Shown here one piece after another: positions 36,295 through 45,088 of a stretch of 53,445 nt of DNA. The notes under the pieces are model-generated. The model saw nothing but the letters and a program-made list of their open reading frames with translations, did not search any database and was not told the DNA's origin. Position 1 is the stretch's first letter. Each line of letters opens with the position of its first letter. This DNA comes from Acidimicrobiia bacterium (GTDB lineage: Bacteria > Actinomycetota > Acidimicrobiia > Acidimicrobiales > Hopanoidiivorantaceae): NCBI GenBank assembly GCA_020027305.1, contig JAHRAM010000008.1, positions 1 to 53,445 of the forward strand. Reading direction: 5' to 3'. The position numbers were made by a program, and so were the translations under genes.

Positions 36295-37578
36295 TTAAAA
36301 AAGAGGCTCTAATAAAAAGGTTCCAGCTTGTGTTCCAACGATAACTTCGCCACTAGGGGCTACCCCAAAGTTAATAATTGAACCAGTACTAGGTTGATTA
36401 ACTATTAAAGTGACATTGCCCTCGCTAACTTTTCCATTAGTGGCATTATCTGGGTCAAAAGTCCAAATAGCTCCAGGTACACAATAATCAGCATAGATAT
36501 AGTTTCCTCGCAAACTTGGCATCACCTTACCGTTATAGACTTGTCCGCCAGTAATCGCACATCTTCCATATTGGGTTCCCTTAGCTACTGTATGTTCATA
36601 TTCAAAAATTGGAGAGTGATGATTTTTGATATCAACGTCGTTTATTAGTCGCTGGCTACCCTCATATCCAGCCCATCCCAGATTAAGCTGACCGACACCG
36701 TTAGGGAGTAAATTTACCTCTTCAACAAGAGTATTGCCAACATCATTAACCCACAAGTCCCCAGTTTCATTATTGAAAGTGATTCGCCAAGCATTTCTAA
36801 CCCCGTAGGCCCAAATCTCTTTTCTAATATTGTTATTGGAATCATTTATAAGCGGATTATCTTTTGGAATCTCATACCCGCCTGTTTCAGGTGTAGGTGC
36901 TATTCTAAGGATGCTCCCATTCAACTCTTCGAAGCTTTGACTGTTCCAATGGGTACCATTCCCACCCTCTCCGAGCGAAATATAAAGGTGTCCATCTTTT
37001 GGTGAAAAGGCAATATCTCCTCCATTATGGACGTTTGCCTGTTGCGGAATAGTGATAATGGTTCTTCTCTGAACATTTTTTGGATTCTCGCTATTTAAAT
37101 CTCTAGCATTGATGGCTTGAACGATATTTGGAGCGACAAAGTCTTCATCTTGCTTAGTGTCGCTGTTGCTATAAGAAATGTAGAGCCATTTTCCATCGGG
37201 AGAAAAAACTAGCCCAAAAAAGCCCTGTTCAGTTTTAACTTCAGTGTCATCTGACACATCTAAGACCATCTTTTCATCATAATTTTGCGTTGCAGAATTA
37301 TAGGTAAATTGCCAGACGACACCCTGTTGCTCTGCCACTAAAAATTTTTCACTCCCCAAACTTTCGTGCCAAGCAGTGGCGATGGCCTTTTTATCACTAA
37401 TCAAACGGAGTTTAGCTATAATGTCAACCTTTGAATCTTCCCGTAAGGTCGTAACATCCCTTGCTCCATGATTGCAGGCGGAAGTAAATATTGCCAGTGA
37501 AAGAAATAAAATGAATGTACTAAATCCTTTAGTGATAAATTGACTACCCCTTAGGTGATATACAATTTTCATATTCAA
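36295..37578 (-). CDS. PQQ-dependent sugar (glucose/sorbosone) dehydrogenase-like beta-propeller lipoprotein, paralog 1
   Basis: Lipobox FTSAC. Motifs HNGGDIAFSPKDGHLYISLGEGG, GSILRIAP, PKDNP, EIWAYGVRNAWRITF, GDLWVNDVG, NLGWAGYEG, CAITGG and YIYADYC. Confidence 0.82.
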   Translation of the reverse strand: MNMKIVYHLRGSQFITKGFSTFILFLSLAIFTSACNHGARDVTTLREDSKVDIIAKLRLISDKKAIATAWHESLGSEKFLVAEQQGVVWQFTYNSATQNYDEKMVLDVSDDTEVKTEQGFFGLVFSPDGKWLYISYSNSDTKQDEDFVAPNIVQAINARDLNSENPKNVQRRTIITIPQQANVHNGGDIAFSPKDGHLYISLGEGGNGTHWNSQSFEELNGSILRIAPTPETGGYEIPKDNPLINDSNNNIRKEIWAYGVRNAWRITFNNETGDLWVNDVGNTLVEEVNLLPNGVGQLNLGWAGYEGSQRLINDVDIKNHHSPIFEYEHTVAKGTQYGRCAITGGQVYNGKVMPSLRGNYIYADYCVPGAIWTFDPDNATNGKVSEGNVTLIVNQPSTGSIINFGVAPSGEVIVGTQAGTFLLEPLF

Positions 37579-37682
37579 CTCTCAATTGTTAAGCCTACAC
37601 ACTCATTGCCCAATTTTTATGGCAGGACTTGCTGGGTGCCACACTTTATAGGTTGGTATTAAATCTTTAGGGGTAGTGAGGT

Positions 37683-38942
37683 TTAAGATGTGGTGACTGG
37701 TAGCAGTAAAAAAGTTCCTGTGTGGGTTCCCACAATCACTTCGCCTGTGGGCGTTTTGCCAAAGTTTACAATTGGCCCAGCACTTGGTTGATTAACAATT
37801 AGAACGGTTTGGCTTTCGTTAATTTTGCCAACGTCATTTTTGTCATTATTTTTATCACTGGAAATATCTACAGGGTCGATCGCCCAGATAGCTCCAGGAA
37901 CACAAAAGTCGGCATAAATATATTTGCCAACTAAAACTGGAATCGCTTTGCCATTATAAATTTGCCCGCCAGTGATTGCACATCGGCTAGTTCGTGTTCC
38001 TTCCGCCACCGTGTGTCCATATTCAAAAACGGGAAGGTGGTGGTTGCTGGTGCCGGGATTTCTTAACTGACTGCTACCTTCATATAGAGGCCATCCAAGA
38101 TTAGCTCCGCCTGTGCCATTAGGGATTAAATTCACCTCTTCAATATTAGCTAGCCCTACGTCATTAACCCACAAGTCGCCACTTTTTTCGTCAAAGGCAA
38201 TTCGCCAAGCGTTTCTTATTCCGTGTGCCCAAACTTCTGGGCGAGTATCACCATTGGGATGGTTTACAAATGGGTTGTCTGGCGGAATCTCATATCCGCC
38301 TGTTTTAGGTGTGGGGGCTATTCTAAGAATGCTCCCATTTAGGGTCTTAAGGTTTTGCGCGTTGCCGAATTGGTCGTTTGCTCCGCCACTATCTCCTAGT
38401 GAAATATAGAGGTACCCATCTTTAGGTGAAAAGGCAATGTCTCCGCCATTGTGAACTTTACTTGTTTGTGGAACAGTGATGATGGTTGTTCGCTGAACCC
38501 CTTTTGGATTGCTACCATCTAAGTCACTTACCTTGATAGCTTGAACTATATAAGGGTGTGAAAAGCCCTCTGGCACAGGCGCTTTTATATCACTATAAGA
38601 AATGTAGAGCCACTTGCCATCAGGTGAAAAAGTCATTCCCAACAAACCCAGTTCGCCCTGAGACATTGTGTCATCTGAAATGTCTAAAATAACAACCTCG
38701 TCATCTTCTCGAAAAGGTGCATTATAATCTAATGCCCAAACAACGCCGTGCTGTTCAGCAATTAAAACCCTTTCGTCTCCCCAATTTTGGTGCCAGGCTG
38801 TTACAATAGTTGGTTTTTCATCAAACAAGGAAAGGCTACCAAGTATATTAATTCGCGAACCACCTCTAGAAACTAAATTATCTATCGCTCCATGATTGCA
38901 TGCCGAAGTAAAAAGTATCAAGAGCGAAAAGATGATAAGCAC
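37683..38942 (-). CDS. PQQ-dependent sugar dehydrogenase-like lipoprotein, paralog 2
   Basis: Same motif set as paralog 1 (HNGGDIAFSPKDGYLYISLGDSGG, GSILRIAPTP, EVWAHGIRNAWRIAF, GDLWVNDVG). Lipobox FTSAC. The GTG start is doubtful (see findings). Confidence 0.8.
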   Translation of the reverse strand: MLIIFSLLILFTSACNHGAIDNLVSRGGSRINILGSLSLFDEKPTIVTAWHQNWGDERVLIAEQHGVVWALDYNAPFREDDEVVILDISDDTMSQGELGLLGMTFSPDGKWLYISYSDIKAPVPEGFSHPYIVQAIKVSDLDGSNPKGVQRTTIITVPQTSKVHNGGDIAFSPKDGYLYISLGDSGGANDQFGNAQNLKTLNGSILRIAPTPKTGGYEIPPDNPFVNHPNGDTRPEVWAHGIRNAWRIAFDEKSGDLWVNDVGLANIEEVNLIPNGTGGANLGWPLYEGSSQLRNPGTSNHHLPVFEYGHTVAEGTRTSRCAITGGQIYNGKAIPVLVGKYIYADFCVPGAIWAIDPVDISSDKNNDKNDVGKINESQTVLIVNQPSAGPIVNFGKTPTGEVIVGTHTGTFLLLPVTTS

Positions 38943-39087
38943 AGCAAATCTTGCACCTCTTTTAGCTTTGTGCTGGGCACATGTTGGGAGGCACTTAGTT
39001 TTGAAGCTCGATTTATAGCTAGGTTTAATCGCTTTAAGAAGTCTTTGCCGACTTTTTATTCTTTATGGTTTGACAGGCGCCCTACGC

Positions 39088-40488
39088 TTAAGGGTTCGTT
39101 GCTGGTAAAAGGATAAAAGTCCCACTTAAGGTTCCAACAATAATTTCGCCTGTGGGAGTTTCGCCAAAGTTAATAATTGAGCCAATGCTGTTTTGATTGA
39201 GGATTAAAGTGTCGCCACCCTTTGGGATTTTTCCATTGGCAGAAATACTTGGTGAAGCATCATTTGGATCGATTGCCCAAATAACTCCAGCCGCACAAAA
39301 GTCAGCGTAGATATATTTGCCAATGAGAGCTGGGATTAAATCGCCACTATAAATAAATCCACCAGTAACTGAGCATCGCCTAGATTCTGTGCCTTCAGCC
39401 ACCGAGTGTTCGTATTCAAAAATTGGAAGGTGGTGGGCTTCAAGGTTGGGGGGCGGGCCTCTAAATGGTTTGCTTCCTTCATACTCGTTCCACCCTAGAT
39501 TAAGTCCGCCGACCCCATTTGGGATGACGTCTATTTCTTCAATCTCATTTTGCCCGACATCGCCAATCCATAGGTCGCCAGTTTCTTTGTTGAAAGAAAT
39601 TCTCCAAGCATTTCTTATCCCATAAGCCCAAATCTCAGAACGAGCATCGGAGCGGTCAACGAACGGGTTATCTGCTGGAATCTCATACCCCCCAGTTTCA
39701 GGTGTGGGAGAGATTCTAAGGATGCTTCCATTTAGTGTTTCAAGGTTTTGCCCATTCCTAAATTGGTCGTTTGCCCCTCCGCCATCTCCTAGGGCAACAT
39801 AAAGGTGTTCGTCTTTAGGCGAAAATGCAATGTCGCCTCCGTTATGATTTCCGCCTGGTTGTGGAATAGTAATAATGGTTGTTCGGGGAATGCTTTTTGC
39901 ATTTCTAGTGCCTAGGTCGGTTGCCTTGACTGCTTGAACCACATTTGGGAAGGTGGCACCTCCTGCTCGGTCGGCTTTGGTATCACTATAAGAAATGTAG
40001 AGCCATTTTCCATCGGGTGAAAAAGTCATTCCTAAAAAGCCTTGCTCACTTTGAGCGATGGTGTCTTCTGAAATGTCTAAGACAATGGTTTCGTCAGTAA
40101 CTCGGCCAGAAGTATCATAAGTCAACATCCAGACAAAACCATGACGTTCAGCGATTAGAAATCTTTGCATGCCTAGGTTTTTGTGCCAAGCAGTAGCGAT
40201 GGCTTGCTTAGCGTTTAGTAAGAGAGGAAAAACATCGATGTCTTCTTTGGGTGCTTCTTTTGTGGTGGTTGGATTTTTTGAGTCGGTCGTGTCGTTGCTT
40301 GAAGAATTAGAAGTTGTTGGAGTTGCTTTAGAATCAGGAGATGCTTGTGTGGTTTGGGGATTGGGGTTGGTTGTGGGATTGGAGCTTACAGTCGACCCGT
40401 GATTACAGGCAGACGCAAAAAGCACCAGTGAAAGCATCACGATGATTGCCCCAGAACTTTTGATAGCAAAGCTTTTCTTATTTTTCAT
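39088..40488 (-). CDS. PQQ-dependent sugar dehydrogenase-like lipoprotein, paralog 3 (with a T/P/N/S-rich linker)
   Basis: Lipobox FASAC, then a low-complexity linker of about 45 aa, then the same motif set (HNGGDIAFSPKDEHLYVALGDGGG, GSILRISPTP, EIWAYGIRNAWRISF, GDLWIGDVG). Confidence 0.82.
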   Translation of the reverse strand: MKNKKSFAIKSSGAIIVMLSLVLFASACNHGSTVSSNPTTNPNPQTTQASPDSKATPTTSNSSSNDTTDSKNPTTTKEAPKEDIDVFPLLLNAKQAIATAWHKNLGMQRFLIAERHGFVWMLTYDTSGRVTDETIVLDISEDTIAQSEQGFLGMTFSPDGKWLYISYSDTKADRAGGATFPNVVQAVKATDLGTRNAKSIPRTTIITIPQPGGNHNGGDIAFSPKDEHLYVALGDGGGANDQFRNGQNLETLNGSILRISPTPETGGYEIPADNPFVDRSDARSEIWAYGIRNAWRISFNKETGDLWIGDVGQNEIEEIDVIPNGVGGLNLGWNEYEGSKPFRGPPPNLEAHHLPIFEYEHSVAEGTESRRCSVTGGFIYSGDLIPALIGKYIYADFCAAGVIWAIDPNDASPSISANGKIPKGGDTLILNQNSIGSIINFGETPTGEIIVGTLSGTFILLPATNP

Positions 40489-40512
40489 TTGCGAAAATGC
40501 GAAAACCGCACA

Positions 40513-43371
40513 CTAATTCTCATGAATGGCATTCAAAATATTTAGCCTTCCAGCTTTTGCGGCTGGGAAAAGTGTTCCCAGTGCTCCAATTAGAATAGCA
40601 AGGAACACAGGGAAGAGAATTCCATTTGGCAGAGGGAATATCTGTGTAGGTATTATCGGTATAGAAATGGTACTTATAAATTCATCTGGTAGGACCTGAA
40701 TAATAATAATACTGCTCAGCACTCCAAGTGCTAGACCCAATAATCCACCGAAAGCGCTGACGATGAGCCCTTCAATACGAACCATTCTTCGAACCAATCG
40801 TCGTTTCATTCCGACTGCTCTAAGCAAGCCAATTTCTCTTGTGCGTTCAAAAATTGAGAGGGTGAGTGTATTGGCAATTCCTAACGCGGCTACTATAAAA
40901 GTTACATATAAGAATACCTGAACAATATTTGTTCCTCCATTTAGATTGCCAATCAGCCTATCGTTGTATTCTTTTTTGGTAAAGACTTTTAGGTCGGGGT
41001 CGTTTATTTCAAATATTGACGTAGTTGCTTCTTCTATTTGTTTCTTACTTACGCCATCTACTGCCTGTACTGAAATTAGAAAGTCACGTCGTGTAGCAAT
41101 ATGTTTATCTACGAGTTCAACGTTCATAACCCACTCTCCTATCACCTGAGTTAATTCATCTGCAAATATCCCAGCTACTGTTAGCTCAGCTTCTGCACCA
41201 CTTGGAAACACCGTATTAATTGTTGAGCCTATCTCTAAGCTGTAGTTTTCAGCTCGATCTTGTGAAATAAATATTACATCATTGCGACTTAAATCAAAAG
41301 ATGCTGTGGCGTCGTCTAGGTCGAGATTGAGGTGTTGTTGGATAGTTGTGAGGTTGGTAGTTGTTATATCAAATTCTTCATTCCGTTCAGTTCGCACCCC
41401 TGAAGAATCTATCGTGTGGGGAACTCTAATACCCTGCTCAATGTAGCTAAATGGTTGAGCAGATTCCACAATAGCTAGTTTGCCAATTTCTCCACCAATA
41501 TTTGTTGCAAAATAAATGTCAGGATTGTCGCCTCTGCACTGCTGCTTGCATATTATGTAGTCAGATTTCACAACTCCATCTAAGACTGTGCTAAATGTAG
41601 CCCCAATTGAAGAAGAGGCAATCGTTGCCACCGAAATGAGGGCGATACTGATGATAAAAACTATTGCTGTATTGGCTGTTCGCTGAGGGTTTCTGGCAGC
41701 ATTTTCAACGCCAAGAGTTCCAGTGATTCCATACATTTTTTTCAGCGGAAACCCTAGAAGTTTGGAAAGCGGCCTGCCAAAGAACGGGCTTGCAATATTG
41801 AACCCCATAATAGTGATTAGTAGCCCCATAGCGAAAATCACTAGAGCTCCAGCAAGGCTGAAGTCATTAATCCACTTAGTTAACCCCCAAGCTAAAAACA
41901 TCCACGTGATACCCATTGCCAAAATGATGAAATTTCCAAATAATTTTTTAATTCGGATTCCACCCCAATAGACTGCTAGAGCCGATACTGGTGTTACTAA
42001 AGCGATAACGCGCCATGGTTGAAACAAACAAAAGACAGCTATCCCTATACCTGCGAGCATCACGATTGAACCCACAATTGGTCGATGTTTAGCTTCTGTT
42101 TGTGCGGTTGCATTTGTTCCTTCTCGTAGGGCAGCAATCGGCGGAACCCGTCTAGAACGGATGGCTGATGGAAGGGCCGCCAACATTGTTAGCCCTATGC
42201 CAAGCGTAGCTGCCCAAATGACTGTTCTATAGTGAAACACTAAACTTATTGCTGAAAAGCCACCTCCACTTGTTGCATTAATGAGCACTACCAGAAAATA
42301 GAACACACCAACTCCACCTGCAAGACCGATAACCGTTGCAGCTATTCCAACAATGAAGGATTCCCCCAAAACTAGCTGGGAAAGCTGTCTTCCTCCTAAC
42401 CCGACTGCACGAAGCAAGCCTAGCTCTTTTATTCGTTGATCCAAAATAATAGAAAAAGTGTTGAATATAACAAATGCCGATACAAATAAAATTACAAAAG
42501 CAAAGATTAATAAGACTACGCGGAAAAAGTCGATGATGCCTGAGAAGTCGTCTGAAACCTCATCGGCAAATTGTTCGGTTGCGACTACTTCTGCTTTAAC
42601 ATTTGCTGTCGTTAGTATATTTTTTATTTCTTGTGAATTAAGCACACTTTCAAGGTTGGTCACGACTTCTAGAGGGTTGCTTCCAGCTTCTGTGTAAACC
42701 TCATACTGATCAATACCCTTATCGTCATTTAGAAGTTTGATGGCGGTGGGAGTGTCAAAGACAATTAGCTGTGCACCTGCTAACCCATCTTCTCTTGCAC
42801 CTAGCCGAAAAGTACCTACAAGTGTGTATTGTGCTGAGCCAGCAGATTCCCCCGCTGGAATGGTGATGATAAATTTCTCACCGATTTTTAATTCGTTATT
42901 TTCGGCGGTAGCGTCGTCAACAGCAAACTCTTGAGGGCCAGTTGGTTGTCTGCCTCTAATTAAGAAATTGTTTCGGCGGGTTGTGCTTTCATCCCAGTTG
43001 CTTCCGACTACTGGGGCGCCTTCGGCATTTGACCCAATGACTTCATTATCTAAATGCTTTAATATCAAGCCAAACTCTACAATTGCTGACTCAACAGTCT
43101 CAACACCTTCAACTTCTTCAAGCTCTGACTTTAATTCAATGGGAAGAGGTGGTGCGAGGTTTCTGTCTCCAAAGTCAATTTCTGACCTAATAATGAGTTG
43201 CGATTCGCCAGCAATATCACGAGATAAGTCAGTGAAGATGCTTCTCACGCTATCGGTGAAAATGAATATACCACTTACAAGTGTTACCCCAACAACAACT
43301 GCAAGGGTTGTCAAAATAAACCGTGCCTTTCGGTGCACTATGTTTTTATAGGCGAGGCGGAAAAGTTGCAT
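40513..43371 (-). CDS. ABC transporter permease with two FtsX/MacB-type domains
   Basis: 952 aa. The unit of N-terminal TM, large extracytoplasmic domain and 3-TM FtsX module occurs twice (LRAVGLGGRQL and LRAVGMKRRLV signature loops). Confidence 0.85.
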   Translation of the reverse strand: MQLFRLAYKNIVHRKARFILTTLAVVVGVTLVSGIFIFTDSVRSIFTDLSRDIAGESQLIIRSEIDFGDRNLAPPLPIELKSELEEVEGVETVESAIVEFGLILKHLDNEVIGSNAEGAPVVGSNWDESTTRRNNFLIRGRQPTGPQEFAVDDATAENNELKIGEKFIITIPAGESAGSAQYTLVGTFRLGAREDGLAGAQLIVFDTPTAIKLLNDDKGIDQYEVYTEAGSNPLEVVTNLESVLNSQEIKNILTTANVKAEVVATEQFADEVSDDFSGIIDFFRVVLLIFAFVILFVSAFVIFNTFSIILDQRIKELGLLRAVGLGGRQLSQLVLGESFIVGIAATVIGLAGGVGVFYFLVVLINATSGGGFSAISLVFHYRTVIWAATLGIGLTMLAALPSAIRSRRVPPIAALREGTNATAQTEAKHRPIVGSIVMLAGIGIAVFCLFQPWRVIALVTPVSALAVYWGGIRIKKLFGNFIILAMGITWMFLAWGLTKWINDFSLAGALVIFAMGLLITIMGFNIASPFFGRPLSKLLGFPLKKMYGITGTLGVENAARNPQRTANTAIVFIISIALISVATIASSSIGATFSTVLDGVVKSDYIICKQQCRGDNPDIYFATNIGGEIGKLAIVESAQPFSYIEQGIRVPHTIDSSGVRTERNEEFDITTTNLTTIQQHLNLDLDDATASFDLSRNDVIFISQDRAENYSLEIGSTINTVFPSGAEAELTVAGIFADELTQVIGEWVMNVELVDKHIATRRDFLISVQAVDGVSKKQIEEATTSIFEINDPDLKVFTKKEYNDRLIGNLNGGTNIVQVFLYVTFIVAALGIANTLTLSIFERTREIGLLRAVGMKRRLVRRMVRIEGLIVSAFGGLLGLALGVLSSIIIIQVLPDEFISTISIPIIPTQIFPLPNGILFPVFLAILIGALGTLFPAAKAGRLNILNAIHEN

Positions 43372-43442
43372 TTAATTAATTTAAATTAAGTTTGCTTTAA
43401 ATCTTTTACTTCAAATATTTTGAGTATTCCCAAATATAGTGC

Positions 43443-44234
43443 CTACTGTAGACGTTTTACAATTTCTTCACGGGTTGGGTTCAGCAGTTCATCTACTAAT
43501 TTCCCATCATTTAGAAATAGCACTCGGTCGGCAATGCTGGCAGCGGTTGGGTCATGTGTGACGATGACGATGGTTTGCTTCAGGTCTTCTACAATTTTTC
43601 TAAGGAATGCCAAAATCTCATTTCCGGTGGCAGAGTCTAAGTTTCCAGTTGGTTCATCACCAAACACAATAGCGGGGCGCCCCATCAATGCCCTTGCCAC
43701 AGCCACCCTTTGTTGTTGACCGCCTGAAAGTTCAGTTGGGCGGTGGGTCATTCTATTTGCCAACCCAGTAACTTCAGCTAGTTCGTTAAACCAGGTTGTA
43801 TCAAGACTTTTTCCTGCCAAATTTAGTGGTAATGTAATGTTTTCTTTGGCTGTCAGTGTTGGGATGAGGTTAAAGCTCTGGAATATAAACCCGACATTAT
43901 CTCGGCGAAGCTCGGTGAGCTCTTTATCGGGCAGGTAGGCTAGATTGATTTCTCCAATATAGGCATAGCCAGATGTTAGGGAATCTAACCCAGCCATACA
44001 GTGCATAAGGGTTGATTTGCCCGAGCCAGATGGCCCCATTATGGCGGTTAGTTCCCCTGCTCTTATTTGGGCATTTACCCCATCAAGGGCGCGAACCTCG
44101 GTGTCGCCTATTCCATATATTTTGTAGGCATCTTCAGTTCTGGCTACAAATTCTGAATCTTGATTTATAGGCTCTTGGCTGGCTCCGTTTGTATCTTTAT
44201 CAATATTTGCGGTTTCATCAATGTCTATACCCAT
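43443..44234 (-). CDS. ABC transporter ATP-binding protein (MacB/LolD type)
   Basis: Walker A GPSGSGKST, Q-loop, signature LSGGQQQRVAVARAL, Walker B IVFGDEPTGNLD and H-loop VTHD. Confidence 0.92.
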   Translation of the reverse strand: MGIDIDETANIDKDTNGASQEPINQDSEFVARTEDAYKIYGIGDTEVRALDGVNAQIRAGELTAIMGPSGSGKSTLMHCMAGLDSLTSGYAYIGEINLAYLPDKELTELRRDNVGFIFQSFNLIPTLTAKENITLPLNLAGKSLDTTWFNELAEVTGLANRMTHRPTELSGGQQQRVAVARALMGRPAIVFGDEPTGNLDSATGNEILAFLRKIVEDLKQTIVIVTHDPTAASIADRVLFLNDGKLVDELLNPTREEIVKRLQ

Positions 44235-44483
44235 ACTTAGCAGAATAGCATTTTTTGGCTTTTAATTTGTATCAAGGTGCAGGTTTTATTTAAATGTTTA
44301 TGAAATCTGATTTTTAATCAGTATTTTGATGAGAATTGTTTTTACTGAATATGACGTTTTTATTGTATATTAGGGTTAATCTATATTGGATTTCCTATAC
44401 TAGGTTTAATTATTAGGTTTATTGTGTGTTGGGCTAGTAACCAGACTCTCAGGTCTATGAGAGCAGAGGTTTAATTGTTGGGC

Positions 44484-44981
44484 TTAGTGCGTGTTAGGTT
44501 GGTTGAGTTCTTTTCTATATATATTGGTGTCTCTTTGTATAAAACCCAGCTTTTGATAGAGGGCATTGGCTTCTACCCGTGTTGGATTAGAAGTAAGGTC
44601 GACCCAAGCTACCCCAAGTTTTTTAGCTAACTCAATTGCTTCAGTGTTGAGCTCTTCTCCGATGCCTTTTTGTCGATGGCTTTCATCAACCACGACATCT
44701 TCTATTCTGGCTTGCTTGGTAAAAGCGGTTTGGTAAATAACGAGTGTTAGGCTGCCTACAATTTCACCTTTTTCACGAGCTAGAAGCAAGGCGCCTGTTT
44801 TTAGAACTTCTGCTAAGTCGGTTTTGCCCGAAAAAGTCTTATCTAATTGGGGGAGGAGCTTCAACATTGCTTCCTCAACATCTTTGGTGATGTCGCCCGA
44901 TTCTTGAATGAGGATGATTTCAATATCGCTATACTCGTTTTTTTTATGGGTCATATATTTATTTGTGTGAAAGGTTGGCAC
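44484..44981 (-). CDS. GNAT-family N-acetyltransferase
   Basis: The acetyl-CoA binding motif VVVDESHRQKGIGEEL and the 165-aa length are typical of GNAT. Confidence 0.8.
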   Translation of the reverse strand: MPTFHTNKYMTHKKNEYSDIEIILIQESGDITKDVEEAMLKLLPQLDKTFSGKTDLAEVLKTGALLLAREKGEIVGSLTLVIYQTAFTKQARIEDVVVDESHRQKGIGEELNTEAIELAKKLGVAWVDLTSNPTRVEANALYQKLGFIQRDTNIYRKELNQPNTH

Positions 44982-45088
44982 TGAAAAGTTTTTGTGCTTT
45001 GTTTCTGGTTATTGTCATTTGTCTATTGTTTTGCCTCATAGTGTCACTATTTTGTATTATCACAGCTTCTTAACTTTATAGAATTGCC

